Shown: piece by piece, positions 1 through 12,900 of the stretch
Layout of the letters: every line of letters begins with the position of its first letter
Position numbering within the stretch: position 1 is the stretch's first letter
Source of the DNA: Macrostomum lignano
Taxonomy: Eukaryota
DNA length: 64,000 bases
Reading direction: 5' to 3'
NCBI GenBank assembly: GCA_002269645.1
Contig: NIVC01003131.1
Coordinates: 1,013 to 65,012, forward strand
Notes under the pieces: model-generated
What the model was told of the DNA's origin: nothing
What the model saw: the letters and a program-made list of their open reading frames with translations, nothing else
Databases searched by the model: none
Translations under genes and position numbers: made by a program

Positions 1-522
1 GGAGTCACTGGGTATCTTGCGAGACTGGGTATCTGGGAGTCACTGGGTATCTTGACAGTCACTGGGTTCTGGGAGTCACTGGGTATCGTGAGAGTCACTG
101 GGTATCTGAGAGTCACTGGGTATCTTGGGAGTCACTGGTACCTGGGAGTCACTGGGTATCTGGGAGTCACTGGGTATCTTGAGAGTCACTGGGTATCGTG
201 AGAGTCACTGGGTAACTTGGGAGTCTCTGGTATCTTGAGAGTCACTGGTATCTGGAGTCACTGGTATCTTGCGAGACTGGGTATAGGGAGTCACTGGGTA
301 TCTTGCGAGACTGGGTATCTGGAGTCACTGGGTATCTTGCGAGACTGGTATCTGGGAGTCACTGGATACTTGCGAGACTGGTATCTGGGAGTCACTGGTA
401 TCTTGCGAGACTGGGTATCTGGGAGTCACTGGGTATGACAGCTGGGTATCTTGACTGGGTATCTGGGAGTCACTGGGTATCTTGAGAGTCACTGGGTATC
501 TGGGAGTCACTGGGTATCTTGC
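1..522. repeat. ~17-19-bp minisatellite (GGAGTCACTGGGTATCT) in a rootletin intron
   Basis: Visible tandem units. Confidence 0.9.
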
Positions 523-630
523 TTAACTGGATATCGGAATCACTGGATGTCCTAAGTGTCTTTGGGTATTTGAGCTGATAAAACTCATCAAAGAATTATG
601 AAGTCCCAGACTCTGTCCCTCATCGCTCAC

Positions 631-945
631 CTTCTGCTTGAGTCCGAAGTTCTCCCGGCGGTTCTCCTCGTCCTTCTCCTCGTCGTGGGCCACCCGGGAC
701 TGCAGGTCGCAGACCTCCTTGCACAGCTTGCCCCGCTCAGTGTCCAGCATCTTCACCTGGCGACGGAGCTCCTGCAGCTCGCGCTTGGCCTCCACCCGGG
801 CCTTCTCGACCTCGCGCAGGTTGCCGCGAAGGTCGGCGACCTCCTTGCCGAGGGCGGCCTTCTGCTCCTCAAGCACGCCGATGCGCTGCTTCTGCTCGGC
901 GATAGACCGGTCGCGCTCGATGCGCTCGGCCTCCATCTCCTTGAT
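631..945 (-). CDS. CROCC: Rootletin exon (IKEMEAER...NFGLKQK, 105 aa)
   Basis: CAG acceptor at 946-948, AAG|GTGAGC donor at 629-630, 315 bp, phase 0-0. Confidence 0.92.
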
Positions 946-3900
946 CTGGGCGGGGACAGGGGTGCGGACTGGGCTGGTCTGACCGGTTCTCACTGCCTGT
1001 CTGACCGGTTCCCACTGCCTGTCTGACCGGTTCTCACTGCCTGTCTGACCGGTTCCCACTGCCTGTCTGACCGGTTCCCACTGCCTGTCTGACCGGTTCT
1101 CACTGCCTGTCTGACCGGTTCTCACTGCCTGGCTGACCGGTTCTCACTGCCTGTCTGACCGGTTCTCACTGCCTGTCTGACCGGCTCTCACTGTCTCCTT
1201 CACTGGTTCTCACTACCTGTCCCAGCCTTGGCCACCAGACCTCTCACCTTTTTCCTCAGCTCCTCGTTGCTCTTCTCCACGGCTTCCGGGCGCGGCCCTC
1301 CTCGGCCAGCTGGCGTTTGAGCTCGAAAATCTCGCGCTTCTGGGCGTCCAGCGCCTCCTCCTGCTCGCGGATCCGGCGATTGGCGTCGATGAGCTCGCGG
1401 CGCAGGTTGTCCCTGGCGTCCTCGGCCATGCGCAGCTGCACCTTCAGCTCCGCCACCTCGCGGCAGGCGGCCTCGCGCTGCTGAGTGAGCTCGTTAATCT
1501 GCTCATTCAGCTTGCGCACCTCGGCCTCGTGCTCCTCCACTGTCTGCTCGAACTGGTCGCGGAATTTCTTCAGCTCGCCGTTCAAACTGTTGATGGTCTC
1601 CTTGTCCTGCTGCTGCTTGGCGGCCGCCTCGCGCCGGGCGCGGTCCAGCTCAGAGGCGACGGTCTGGGGGAGAGAGGGACGAGCGAACGGGGATCGGGTG
1701 ACGTGGTAGCGGGGAGGAGCTTTCTTAGAATGCCGACCAGCCAATCGGATGCAGGTGGGAGGGTCACGTGACTAATTAATCGATTAATTAAATTGATTAA
1801 CAGGCAAGACCAGCGGTCCTGCGCAGCAATTCCAAACGCAGTCACATGCCATTAATTTGGGGCTAAATTGGAATCTCGGCTTGGACCAACCGCCCCCCCC
1901 CCCAAAGCACAGTGAATTTTACATGACTAAATATAAATAAAGTTAGGGTCACTGTACACTCCTGTGTGAGTGCGTGCCTGTGCTTGTGTGCCTGCTCAGG
2001 GAGTCCCCGGTTGTGTGACAATGTCGCCTAAAGTGCCCCAGGCTTCAATAAGAAAACAAGCCATAAGCATAGATAGAGATTCACGCCTAGCAACTAAGAG
2101 ATCAAGTGACTAAACTCGCACCTGCAGCTCGGCGTGCGTGTTGCCCAGCCGCTCCAGAATGGTGGACTTCTCCTGCTCCACAATGCTCAGCGCCTGCTGC
2201 TTGTCATTCTCGGCCAGCATGAGGCTCTCGTCCCGCTCGCGCTGGCAGGCGGCGATCTCAGTGTGCAGCTGCTCGCGTTCGCGCTCGAACGAGCTGACCA
2301 TCTCCTCGCGCTCCATGTTGTTCTGGTGGATCATCTCCTGGCGCTGGTTCTCGTATTCGGCGCGCTGGTTGTCCTGCGGGACAGATGGGATGGAGAGGGG
2401 GATGTTACCGGACTTCCTGACAGCTTTGAGAATAGCCTCTGAGTAGAATAAGTCATGAGATTCTCTCAGAGTCACTGAGCACAGTCACGTGACGCTCTCA
2501 GAGTCATCGAGAAGAAAAAAGTCACGTGACGCTCTCAGAGTCATCGAGAAGAGTCACGTGATGCTCTCAGAGTTATCAAGAAGAGTCACGTGACGCTCCC
2601 AGAGTCATCGAGAAGAGTCACGTGATGCTCTCAGAGTTATCAAGAAGAGTCACGTGATGCTCTCAGAGTCATCAAGAAGAAAAGAGTCACGTGACGCTCT
2701 CAGAGTCAGGGGGCCCGTTCTATAAAGCCATCGTAAGATAAGATCGTTCTTAGCTTCTATCTCCGCAGTATAAAAGTTCCGACGTACGTTCGAACTTCAC
2801 TACGACAGCTTTATAGTACGACCCCAAAGAGAAGAAGAGAGTCACGTGACGCTCCCAGAGTCATCGAGAAGAAAAGAGTCACGTGACGCTCTCAGAGAGT
2901 TACTGAACGGATGATAATGAGTTAAAGCATCACAAGAAATCCAGAAATTTGCTCACCTTCTCCTTGGTCAGCCTCTCCAGATCGTCCTCATGAGACTGCT
3001 GCTCCTGAGCCAGGGCGTGCTTCAGGTCGCGCTCCATCTGCTGCATCTTCTGCTGCAGATTCTCGCGCTGTCTGGTGAGCTTGTCGCATTCGACCTCGAA
3101 CTCCTTGGTGATGCGGCTGATCTCGGCTGCAGCAGTGAGGGTTTGAGATATTCGAGCTGAGAGTTGACAGAACAGATTTATTAAAAAAAGAGATGCAGTC
3201 TGTTTGGCAGGCCTCAGCAATGATAAGCTACAGCAAACAGCGACTGAGTGGCTATTGGCCATGCAGCTTACCATTGAGATTCTCCTTCTTGATGATGAGC
3301 TCCTGGTTCTCGCCCTCCAGCTGGCCTTTGCGAGTCTCCAGCTGGACGATCAGCTCCTGGGCCTCGTGCAGCGCGTCCTCGAGCTGGTCCTTGTCGGCCC
3401 GCAGCCCGGAGGCCAGCTCGCCAAGGCGGCGAATCTCCCGCTCGCAGGCGGTGAGCTGCACAACGAGCTCGCCCTTCTCCTTGGTGAGGTCCTCCTTCTC
3501 CTTGGCAACTCGGAGGACGGTGTTGGACGCCCGCTCAGTCTCCCGGCGCGAGGCCAGCAGCTCCTCGGCCAGGGCTCGCTTCTGCCTGCCGATGGCGTTC
3601 AGCTGCTCGGCAAGCTCCAGCCGCTCCCGGTTGATTGACTGCAGCTCGTCTTCCAGCTTCTCGCGCGACATCTCGCTGAGCTCGAGTGTCTGATATAGGC
3701 CGGCCTTCTCGTTGTCCAGCTCCATCTTCTCCTGCTCACAGCGGAGCAGCTCCTCGCGGATGCCGTACTTCTCCTGCTCGAGGGCCTGCTTCTCCCCTGA
3801 CAGCTGCGCCTTCTCGTTCTCGTACATCATGAGGATCTTGTTCAGCTCCACCTTGTCGTGCCCAAGGCCCTCGTTCAGCGACTGCATCTTTAGCAGGGCG

Positions 3901-6900
3901 TCCCGTAGGGCAGCCTCCTCGCTCTTCATCTTGTTGAGCTCGAGCTCCAACTCGGCCTTGGCCAGCTCGCTGCGGGACAGCGCGTCGGAGACTTCGGCCT
4001 TTTCCTGGTCCAGCACCTCCTTCTCCAGACAGGCCCGGTTGAGGTTCTCCTTGGTCTGCACCAGGTCGGACTTCAGGTTGCTCAGCTTCTCCTCCAGCTG
4101 GTCGATGCAGCGCTGGCACCGCTCGTTCTCCTTCACCTGCCTGTCCAGGTCCTTCTTCTGGTCGGCCTTCTGATCTTCGAGGCAGTCGCGGCAGCGCTGC
4201 AGCTCGCTGTTGGCCTGCTGCAGCCGGTCCAGGTCCGCGTGCAGCGACTCGATCTGCTCGTTCAGGGCCGAGCGGACCTGCGGGACAAGCCGGGTTTCGA
4301 TACATATCGGCTGAACTTTGTCGCTTATCTACTTCTCTCACACTTTTATCTCCTATCTCATCTTTATCTACTCCTCTCACACTTGTCTACTTCTATAGCA
4401 TCTTTATCTACTTCTCTATCACACTTATCGACTTCTCTCTTATCTTTATCTACTTCTCCCTCACATCTACATACTTATATCTCTCTCCTCTATATACTTC
4501 TCTCACACTTATCTACTTCTCTCTCTCATTTATCGACCTTTCTCTCACCTTTATCCACTTCTCTCTCAACCATATCTACTTCTCTACCTAACCCCTATAT
4601 CCTTCGCATTGACTGCATTCTACCTTCTATTCATAGTCTATCTACTTCTACCTTAAACCGAAATCTCACTCCTATTTACTTTATATTTCTCACTGCTATC
4701 TACTTTCGTTCATCTGTATCTCAGCTAGTTTAAGCTTCATCATTCAGTCTTGCCCCATGCCTCCAGAATCCCAGTCTGCCCCTTAAATCTCCTCTCCCTG
4801 GCCGCACCTTCTCCAGTTGGCTCCTCTCCTGCTCGCGGGCGGTCAAGGCGGACTTCAGCCGTTCGTAGTCGCGGCCGCTATCGGTCTGCGCCCTCTGCAC
4901 TGTGTCCAGCTCCTCGCGCAGGCCCAGCACCTGGTGCTCCAGTCGTCGGCGCTCGTTCTCAGACTCGTCCAGCTGTCGGCGTATGTTGTCCCCGGCGTCC
5001 TTGGCGCTGGCCAGCTTGCCGCGCAGCTCCTGCACCTGCAGACACATCGGAGCGGCATGGGGGTTGGCAGTGATGCAATGCCGGACTAGGAGACCAGTCG
5101 CCAATGGGAAACGGGACACCGTGAGACGCGAGGTGTAAATAAGGATAGGTATAAAATATGGCGGCGCCAATGGGAAAATGGGGCGCCGATGGGGAAATCA
5201 TGGGGCGCCAATGGGAAAATGGGGCGCCGATGGGGAAATCATGGGGCGCCAATGGGAAAATCATGGGGGCGCCAATGGGAAAATCATGGGGGCGCCAATG
5301 GGAAAATCATGGGGGCGCCAATTGGAAAATCATGGGGCGCCAATTGGAAAATCATGGGGGCGCCAATGGGAAATTCATGGGGCGCCAATTGGAAAATCAT
5401 GAAGGCGCCAATGGGAAAATGGGCGCCGATGGGGAAATCATGGGGCGCCAATGGGAAAATCATGGGGGCGCCAATGGGAAAATCATGGGGGCGCCAATGG
5501 GAAATTCATGGGGACGCCAATGGGAAAAATCATGGGGGCGCCAATGGGAAAATCATGGGGGCGCCAATGGGAAATTCATGGGGCGCCAATTGGAAAATCA
5601 TGAAGGCGCCAATGGGAAAAATCATGGGGCGCCAATGGGAAAATCATGGGGGCGCCAATTGGAAAATCATGGGGCGCCAATTGGAAAATCATGAAGGCGC
5701 CAATGGGAAAATCATGGGGCGCCAATGGGAAAATCATGGGGGCGCCAATTGGAAAATCATGGAGGCGCCAAAGGAGCACCGGTGCACAGCGGCCTTCATC
5801 AACTCAGCGTGAAAGTCCCCAGGCGCCTACCTGCAAGGCCCTCTTGTTCAGCGCGGCCTGTACGGCGCTGTAGGTGGAGTCAGCGAACGCAGGAGACCGC
5901 GAGCGCTGCCGACCGGCCGGCGAGCGACCGCCGCGACCGACCGGCGACACGGAGCGACCCCGACCGGCGTCCGAGAAGTCGCGGTACCCGTCGGCGTCGC
6001 TGATGACGGCCTGGGCAATGTCGCGCAGGCTCTGGTGCATGGCCTCGGTCTCCTCGATTAGCGCGCGTGTGGCCGCGTCGTCAGCACCCTGGGAGTTTGA
6101 GTCCGAGAGGAATAAATTAGATATTGATCTCATTGATCTCAAATAATCTCACCTCATAGATTAGACTTACACGTAAATCCCAAATAATCTCACCCATTAG
6201 ATTTGATATTGATCTCAAATAATCTCACCCATGAGATTTGCTATTGATCTCAAATAATCTCACCCATGAGATTTGATATTGATGTCAAATAATCTCACCC
6301 ATTAGATTTGATATTGATATCAAATAATCTCACCTATGAGATTTGATATTGATCTCAAATAATCCCACCCATGAGATTTGATATTGATATCAAATGATCC
6401 CACCAATGAGATTTGATATTAATCTAAAATAATCTCACCCATTAGATTAGATATCGATGCTAAAATAAACTAACCGCATAAACAATCTCCTACACTGACA
6501 AATCTCAAGCATCCGCATACTCAGACTCAGGAGATCGCAGCAGACCTCAAGCCTGAGAGAAACTCACCGGTGGCTCGGCAGATTGCGAGCGACTTGCGCT
6601 GCCGCCGCCGCCGCCGCCGCCGCTGCTGCGCAGCCGCTGCAGGTGGGACAGGGTTCGATCCTTCTCGGCCAACTGGAATTTCAGCTTCTCGTTCTGCACC
6701 GACAGCTCGTTGACCCGGCCGCTCAGGTCGGCCTGATGCGCCTCGAACTTGGCCTGCAGGTCCTGCAGCTCCCGGGTTCGTTCGCGGAGCGCCGATTCCA
6801 GATTGGCGCGCCCGGAGCGCTCCTGATCCAGCGCCACGGCGCCCTGCGTCTCGGCCGATTTCAGGTTGGCATTGAGATTCTGGCAGGCCGCGTGGACGCC

Positions 6901-9900
6901 GCGGGACTGGCGGGTCATCTCGTTCTTGAAGTTGTTCAAGTCGCGCTCGTTGGCGGTCTTCAGCTCGTTGAACTGGCGCCGGAAGCTCACCAGGTTGCGC
7001 CACAGCGACAGCAGGCGGTTGTGCTCGGACGAGAAGTACTCGGAGAAGCTGGCCTCCTCATCGCGCCATTCGGACTCGCGGCGCTCGAGGTCGGACCGGG
7101 TGCGCTGGAAGTCCTCGCTGAGCCGCTTCATGTCCTCCGTGAGCGACTGGTTCACCTGGGTGGCCTGGTCCAGCTGCTCCCGCAGCATCGCGTTCACGTG
7201 GGCCAGGGAGGCCGATCTGGGCGGGGCGTTCGGGTCGGTGGTAGACAAGGACTCGAATGCTAAGGACGTTGCTAAGCATCCTATAAACTTTTATGAACTG
7301 AACTCGGGTTTATTCACATATCTCAGCCTTGATTCACATATCTCAATCTTGATTCACATATCTCAGCCTTGATTCACATATCTCAATATTGATTCACATA
7401 TCTCAGCCTTGATTCACATACTTCAGCCTTGATTCACATATCTCAATCATGATTCGCATATCTCAGCCTTGATTCACATATCTCAGCCTTGATTCACATA
7501 TCTCAATCTTGATTCACATATCTCAGCCTTGATTCACATATCTCAGCCTTGATTCACATATCTCAGCCTTGATTCACATATCTCAGCCTTGATTCACATA
7601 TTTCAGCCTTGATTCACATATCTCAGCCTTGATTGACGTCTCTCAGCCTTTATTCACAAATCTCAGTCTTGATTAACATGTTTCAGTCTTGATTCACATA
7701 TCTCATAATTGATTTATGTCTCTCGGCCTCGATTCACAAATCTCACTCTTGATTCACGCCTCGCAGCCTTGATTCGCATATCTCGGCTTTGATTCACGTC
7801 TGGCAGCCTTCATTCACGCCTCATACTCTTGATTCACGCCTGTCAGTACGTGACTTAACCTATTACTCCCGTTCTCATACTATTACTACCCTATATTCGT
7901 TCACAAGTCCAAACGTTGATTGACATTCACACCCATATTCTTCTTCTTTCGATTTTTCCCACTTGATTCCCATTCCGTTTAAATGCCCATTTCTCAGCCA
8001 TGATTCACAACCACTTTGTTCGTGTACAAAATCTGTCACTACCGATTCACAATCAAATATTCTACGTTCACAAGTGCGCTCATGGGTGGCTTGAGCACAG
8101 AGCGAAACAAGCACAAGAAGGCAAAACACCGCCCTACTCAGCAGGGTTGAAGCCTCATACAAGAGAGCGGGGCAGGCAGGCAGTGGAGGGTAAAGATGCG
8201 CTGCACTACTCTCACAAACTCTCTCATAAACATTTCTGATGTTTTTACAACTGCGCCTTGCCTCTCTGCCTCCCCAGCCTTACAAAACATTCTTGATGAA
8301 AAAAATTGAGCGGGCAAACTCCCCACCTCATGCTGCCTCACTGCATTCCATCTTGTTTTATGAGCACGGGACAGGGCAGTGGGTAGTAGGGAGAGCGCCG
8401 GGTGTACAAATGGAAACAATTGATAATACACATTGCTAACTGAAACTTTTTATGGCGACTCATCGGTGGTACGGGGAGCGAGTGAGTGGGATAAACTAGG
8501 GGATGATAGAGGGCGAGTTGGTTGCCGCGTTGGGTGGGACATGGCTGAGTAATAAGATCGGTTATGGGCAGGAATGGCATATCAAGTGGTGCTAAAAAGA
8601 GACAAACAGAAGTTTAGAGTGCCGAAATAAAAAGGAAGATGGAATGCAAAAAAGATGGGGGTGGGGGGACGGAGCAGATGATGGATAGAGCGGAAGAGAT
8701 GGGGAGTAGAACGGAAAAGATAATGGTAGGGCGGAAGTGATGAGGGTAGGGGCGAAAGTGATGAGGGTAGGAGCGGAAGAGATGAGGGTAGGGGCGGAAG
8801 AGATGAAGTAGCGGCGGAAGAGATAAGGGAGGGGCGGAAGTGACGAGGGTGGGGCGGAAGTGATGAGGGTGGGGGCGGAAGTGATGAGGGTGGGGCAGAA
8901 GTGATGAGGGTGGGGGCGGAAGTGACGAGGGTGGGGCAGAAGTGATGAGGGTGGGGCGGAAGTGATGAGGGTGGGGGCGGAAGTGATGAGGATGGGGCAG
9001 AAGTGACGAGGGTGGGGCAGAAGTGATGAGGGTGGGGCGGAAAAGGCGAGAAAGAGAGCGGAAGAGATGAGGGTGGCGGCGAAAGAGATGAGGAATAGAG
9101 CGGAAGAGATGAGGGTGGGGCGGATGAGAGGAGGGTGGGGGCAAAAGAGAGGAGGGTAGATGCGGAAGAGAGGAGGGTGGGGGCGGAAGAGAGGAGGGTG
9201 GGGCGGAAGAGAGGAGGGTAGAGGCGGAAGAGAGGAGGGTGGGGGCGGAAGAGATGAGGGTGGGGCAGAGCAGATGACGGATAGAGCGGAAGAGATAAGG
9301 AATGGCGGTGCGTGGATGCCAGAGTTCAGTGCAGAGACACTCAGTGAAGGGCAACGAGAAGCAAGCTTATAAAAGCTGGTGGAAAAGGGCGAGGATTTGC
9401 TCCGAAGAGCAGACATCGTGCTCAAAGCTGCTCCCAAAATTTCTCCCTAGGCGGCACTTGAATCCCCCCTGGAGGACAGCAGCAACTGGCTGCAGACTAG
9501 AATAACAATGAGAAGAAACACGCAGTACCGGCACAGTCCCAGGAATTGGGGAAATTAATAATTCTTCAGCAGAATGCCGGTGTCAACCACCCGCAATTTC
9601 CTCATCAGGGATGCTGACTGCGTGTTGCATCGCTTGCTGAGACAATATTGGACTTTGTGGGGCAGGGGAAAAACTCCCTAAGTAAAAAGCACCGCTGCTT
9701 GCCCACCTCTGCTGCTCCTCCTCAAGGCGGATGAGGGCCGACTCCAGATCGCTTGAATGGTCTTCATCGCCTCCAGAGCGCAGGCGAGTCTCAGAGTCCA
9801 GCTTGAACTGGTAGCTGTCGTTCTGCAACAGCGGGAGCGCAAATGGGGAAAAAACTGATCAATGCTTGTGCAGCATTGGAATAACTGACCGCAGCCCGCC

Positions 9901-12900
9901 AAGTAAAATTTGGATGCCATGGCACCGAATAAAAAACCGCTAGAGAGAGTCCGCGTTTGTTAAATTAAAATAGCTGCGATTGCAGGTTAAATAAGCTGGC
10001 TGTGCATGCAGTTTCTCTGTGCTGCGCGAGACAGGGACAAAAATCACGGCCTAACCCAGTCCCCCACAATACCCCTGCCCCAGTCCCTCACTTTACCCCT
10101 GCCCCAGTCCCCCACTATACCCCTGCCCCAGTCCCTCACTATACCCCTGCCCCAGTCCCCCACAATACCCCTGCCCCAGTCCCCCACTTTACCCCTGCCC
10201 CAGTCCCCACTATACCCCTGCCCCAGTCCCTCACTATACCCCTGCCCCAGTCCCCACAATACCCCTGCCCCAGTCCCCACTATACCCCTGCCCCAGTCCC
10301 CACAATACCCCTGCCCCAGTCCCTCACAATACCCCTGCCCCAGTCCCTCACAATACCCCTGCCCCAGTCCCCACAATACCCCTGCTCCAGTCCCTCACTA
10401 TACCCCTGCCCCAGTCCCTCACTATACCCCTGCCCCAGTCCCTCACAATACCCCTGCCCCAGTCCCTCACTATACCCCTGACCCAGTTCCTCACTATACC
10501 CCTGCCCCAGTCCCTCACTATACCCCTGACCCAGTCCCTCACTATACCCCTGACCAGTCCCTCACTATACCCCTGACCAGTCCCTCACTATACCCCTGCC
10601 CCAGTCCCCCACAATACCCCTGCCCCAGTCCCTCACTATACCCCTGACCCAGTCCCTCACTATACCCCTGACCCAGTCCCTCACTATACCCCTGACCAGT
10701 CCCTCACTATACCCCTGCCCCAGTCCCCCACAATACCCCTGCCCCAGTCCCTCACTATACCCCTGCCCCAGTCCCTCACTATACCCCTGCCCCAGTCCCT
10801 CACTATACCCCTGACCCAGTCCCTCACAATACCCCTGCCCAAGTCCCTGACAATACCCCTGCCCCAGTCCCTCACAATACCCCTGCCCCAGTCCCTCACA
10901 ATACCCCTGCCCCAGTCCCTCACAATACCCCTGCCCCAGTCCCTCACAATACCCCTGACCCAGTCCCTCACTATACCCCTGACCCAGTCCCTCACAATAC
11001 CCCTGCCCCAGTCCCTCACTATACCCCTGACCCAGTCCCTCACTATACCCCTGCCCAGTCCCTCACTATACCCCTGACCCAGTCCCTCACTATACCCCTG
11101 CCCCAGTCCCTCACTATACCCCTGCCCCAGTCCCTCACAATACCCCTGCCCCAGTCCCTCACTATACCCCTGACCCAGTTCCTCACTATACCCCTGCCCC
11201 AGTCCCTCACTATACCCCTGACCCAGTTCCTCACTATACCCCTGCCCCAGTCCCTCACTATACCCCTGACCAGTCCCTCACTATACCCCTGACCAGTCCC
11301 TCACTATACCCCTGCCCCAGTCCCCCACAATACCCCTGCCCCAGTCCCTCACTATACCCCTGACCCAGTCCCTCACTATACCCCTGACCCAGTCCCTCAC
11401 TATACCCCTGACCAGTCCCTCACTATACCCTGCCCCAGTCCCCACAATACCCCTGCCCCAGTCCCTCACTATACCCCTGCCCCAGTCCCTCACTATACCC
11501 CTGCCCCAGTCCCTCACTATACCCCTGCCCCAGTCCCTCACTATACCCCTGCCCCAGTCCCTCACTAGACACAGCCATACCCCTAAATGTACAAGTGCCA
11601 CGCCACGGAGACAAGTTTTAAAATTTCAATCTATAATAAGAATATTTCTAAAAGCTGCTACTTAGCAGAAAACAGTTAAATCAATAAGATGTTATAAAAA
11701 CATACAGATTATGAAATTAGACCGGTGCAGAATTATTGGTAGACAGCAGCAAACACGGTGCAGAACGTAAATCCGCAACTCCGAGAGGATTATAATCGGG
11801 TTTGGATAAAACGGACAGCCAAGGTGCTGTTGCTATGGCTACGAAATCAACGTTTGTGCTTTTGTTTTAAACGCAAAAATCAAGCCGTCAGCTTGGACTC
11901 ACGCGTTTGCGGTCAGCTTCCTGCTCCATCACCTGAACTTTTGCCTCCATCTCGCTGCACTTTTTCTTGTATTGCAGCACCTTCGCGTAGGTTTGAAATC
12001 ATTTTGGGTGATCATTCACCATGGTGACAAGTTAGGCACGGCAACACAAAACAGAATTCGCGCATTATTCGCGTGGATAATGTTAAATCAGCGGTAGAAT
12101 GTACTTTTAAACTCCTCATAAGCAAACCCGGCATGCGGCTAAGGCAGCGAATAAACACGGATTAGATTGATTAAAAGTAGTGCAATCTAGCATGGGACTC
12201 TCCCTGCGGCATGCCAAACAGATCAAATCTGCTTCAAGACTTTGATCACCGATTGCTTGAAACTCCGCAGCTGAGTCTTCAGCCGCTGGTTCTCAAGGTC
12301 ACTCTCGGACACCTTCTTCTTGTAGGCCAGTACCTAAGTTTTATAGGTCATTGTTGAAAAAGCAAATACACATTCTAATTCTGCACAATACGATGGCTGA
12401 GAATGTGTCCTAAATTTAGTGCCAAATCTTAAACAGATCTTCATCGGGTTTGTGATAGTGGAGCTTAGCTAAAAATGAGTAAATGATGGCAAAAAAGTCA
12501 TTCAATTGGTTTTAACTAGTAAACTGCATGTAGTTACAAGTAACCAATTCATAACATATTTAATGCATTTTGTGCTAAGAAATGACAGGAAACCGCAAAG
12601 GATCCTGGAGGTGATTAGTAAATTAGCAATAATAGGAAGGAGATGCACGGAGGTGGCGCTAAAGGGCGAGCGTGCCGGCAAGCACTGAAATTTAACTGCT
12701 GCGAAGGCAATAGCGGGGCAATTGATGGGATTGAGGGGATAAAGGAGAACAAAGGGGATGAAGGGAAGAAGAGGGGATGTAGAGGATATAGGGGATGGGG
12801 GATAGAGGGGATAGAGGGGACTGAGGATGGAGAAAATAGAGGGATAGAAGGCATGGAGGGCATGGAGGGCATGGAGGGGATAGAGGGCATGGAGGGGATG

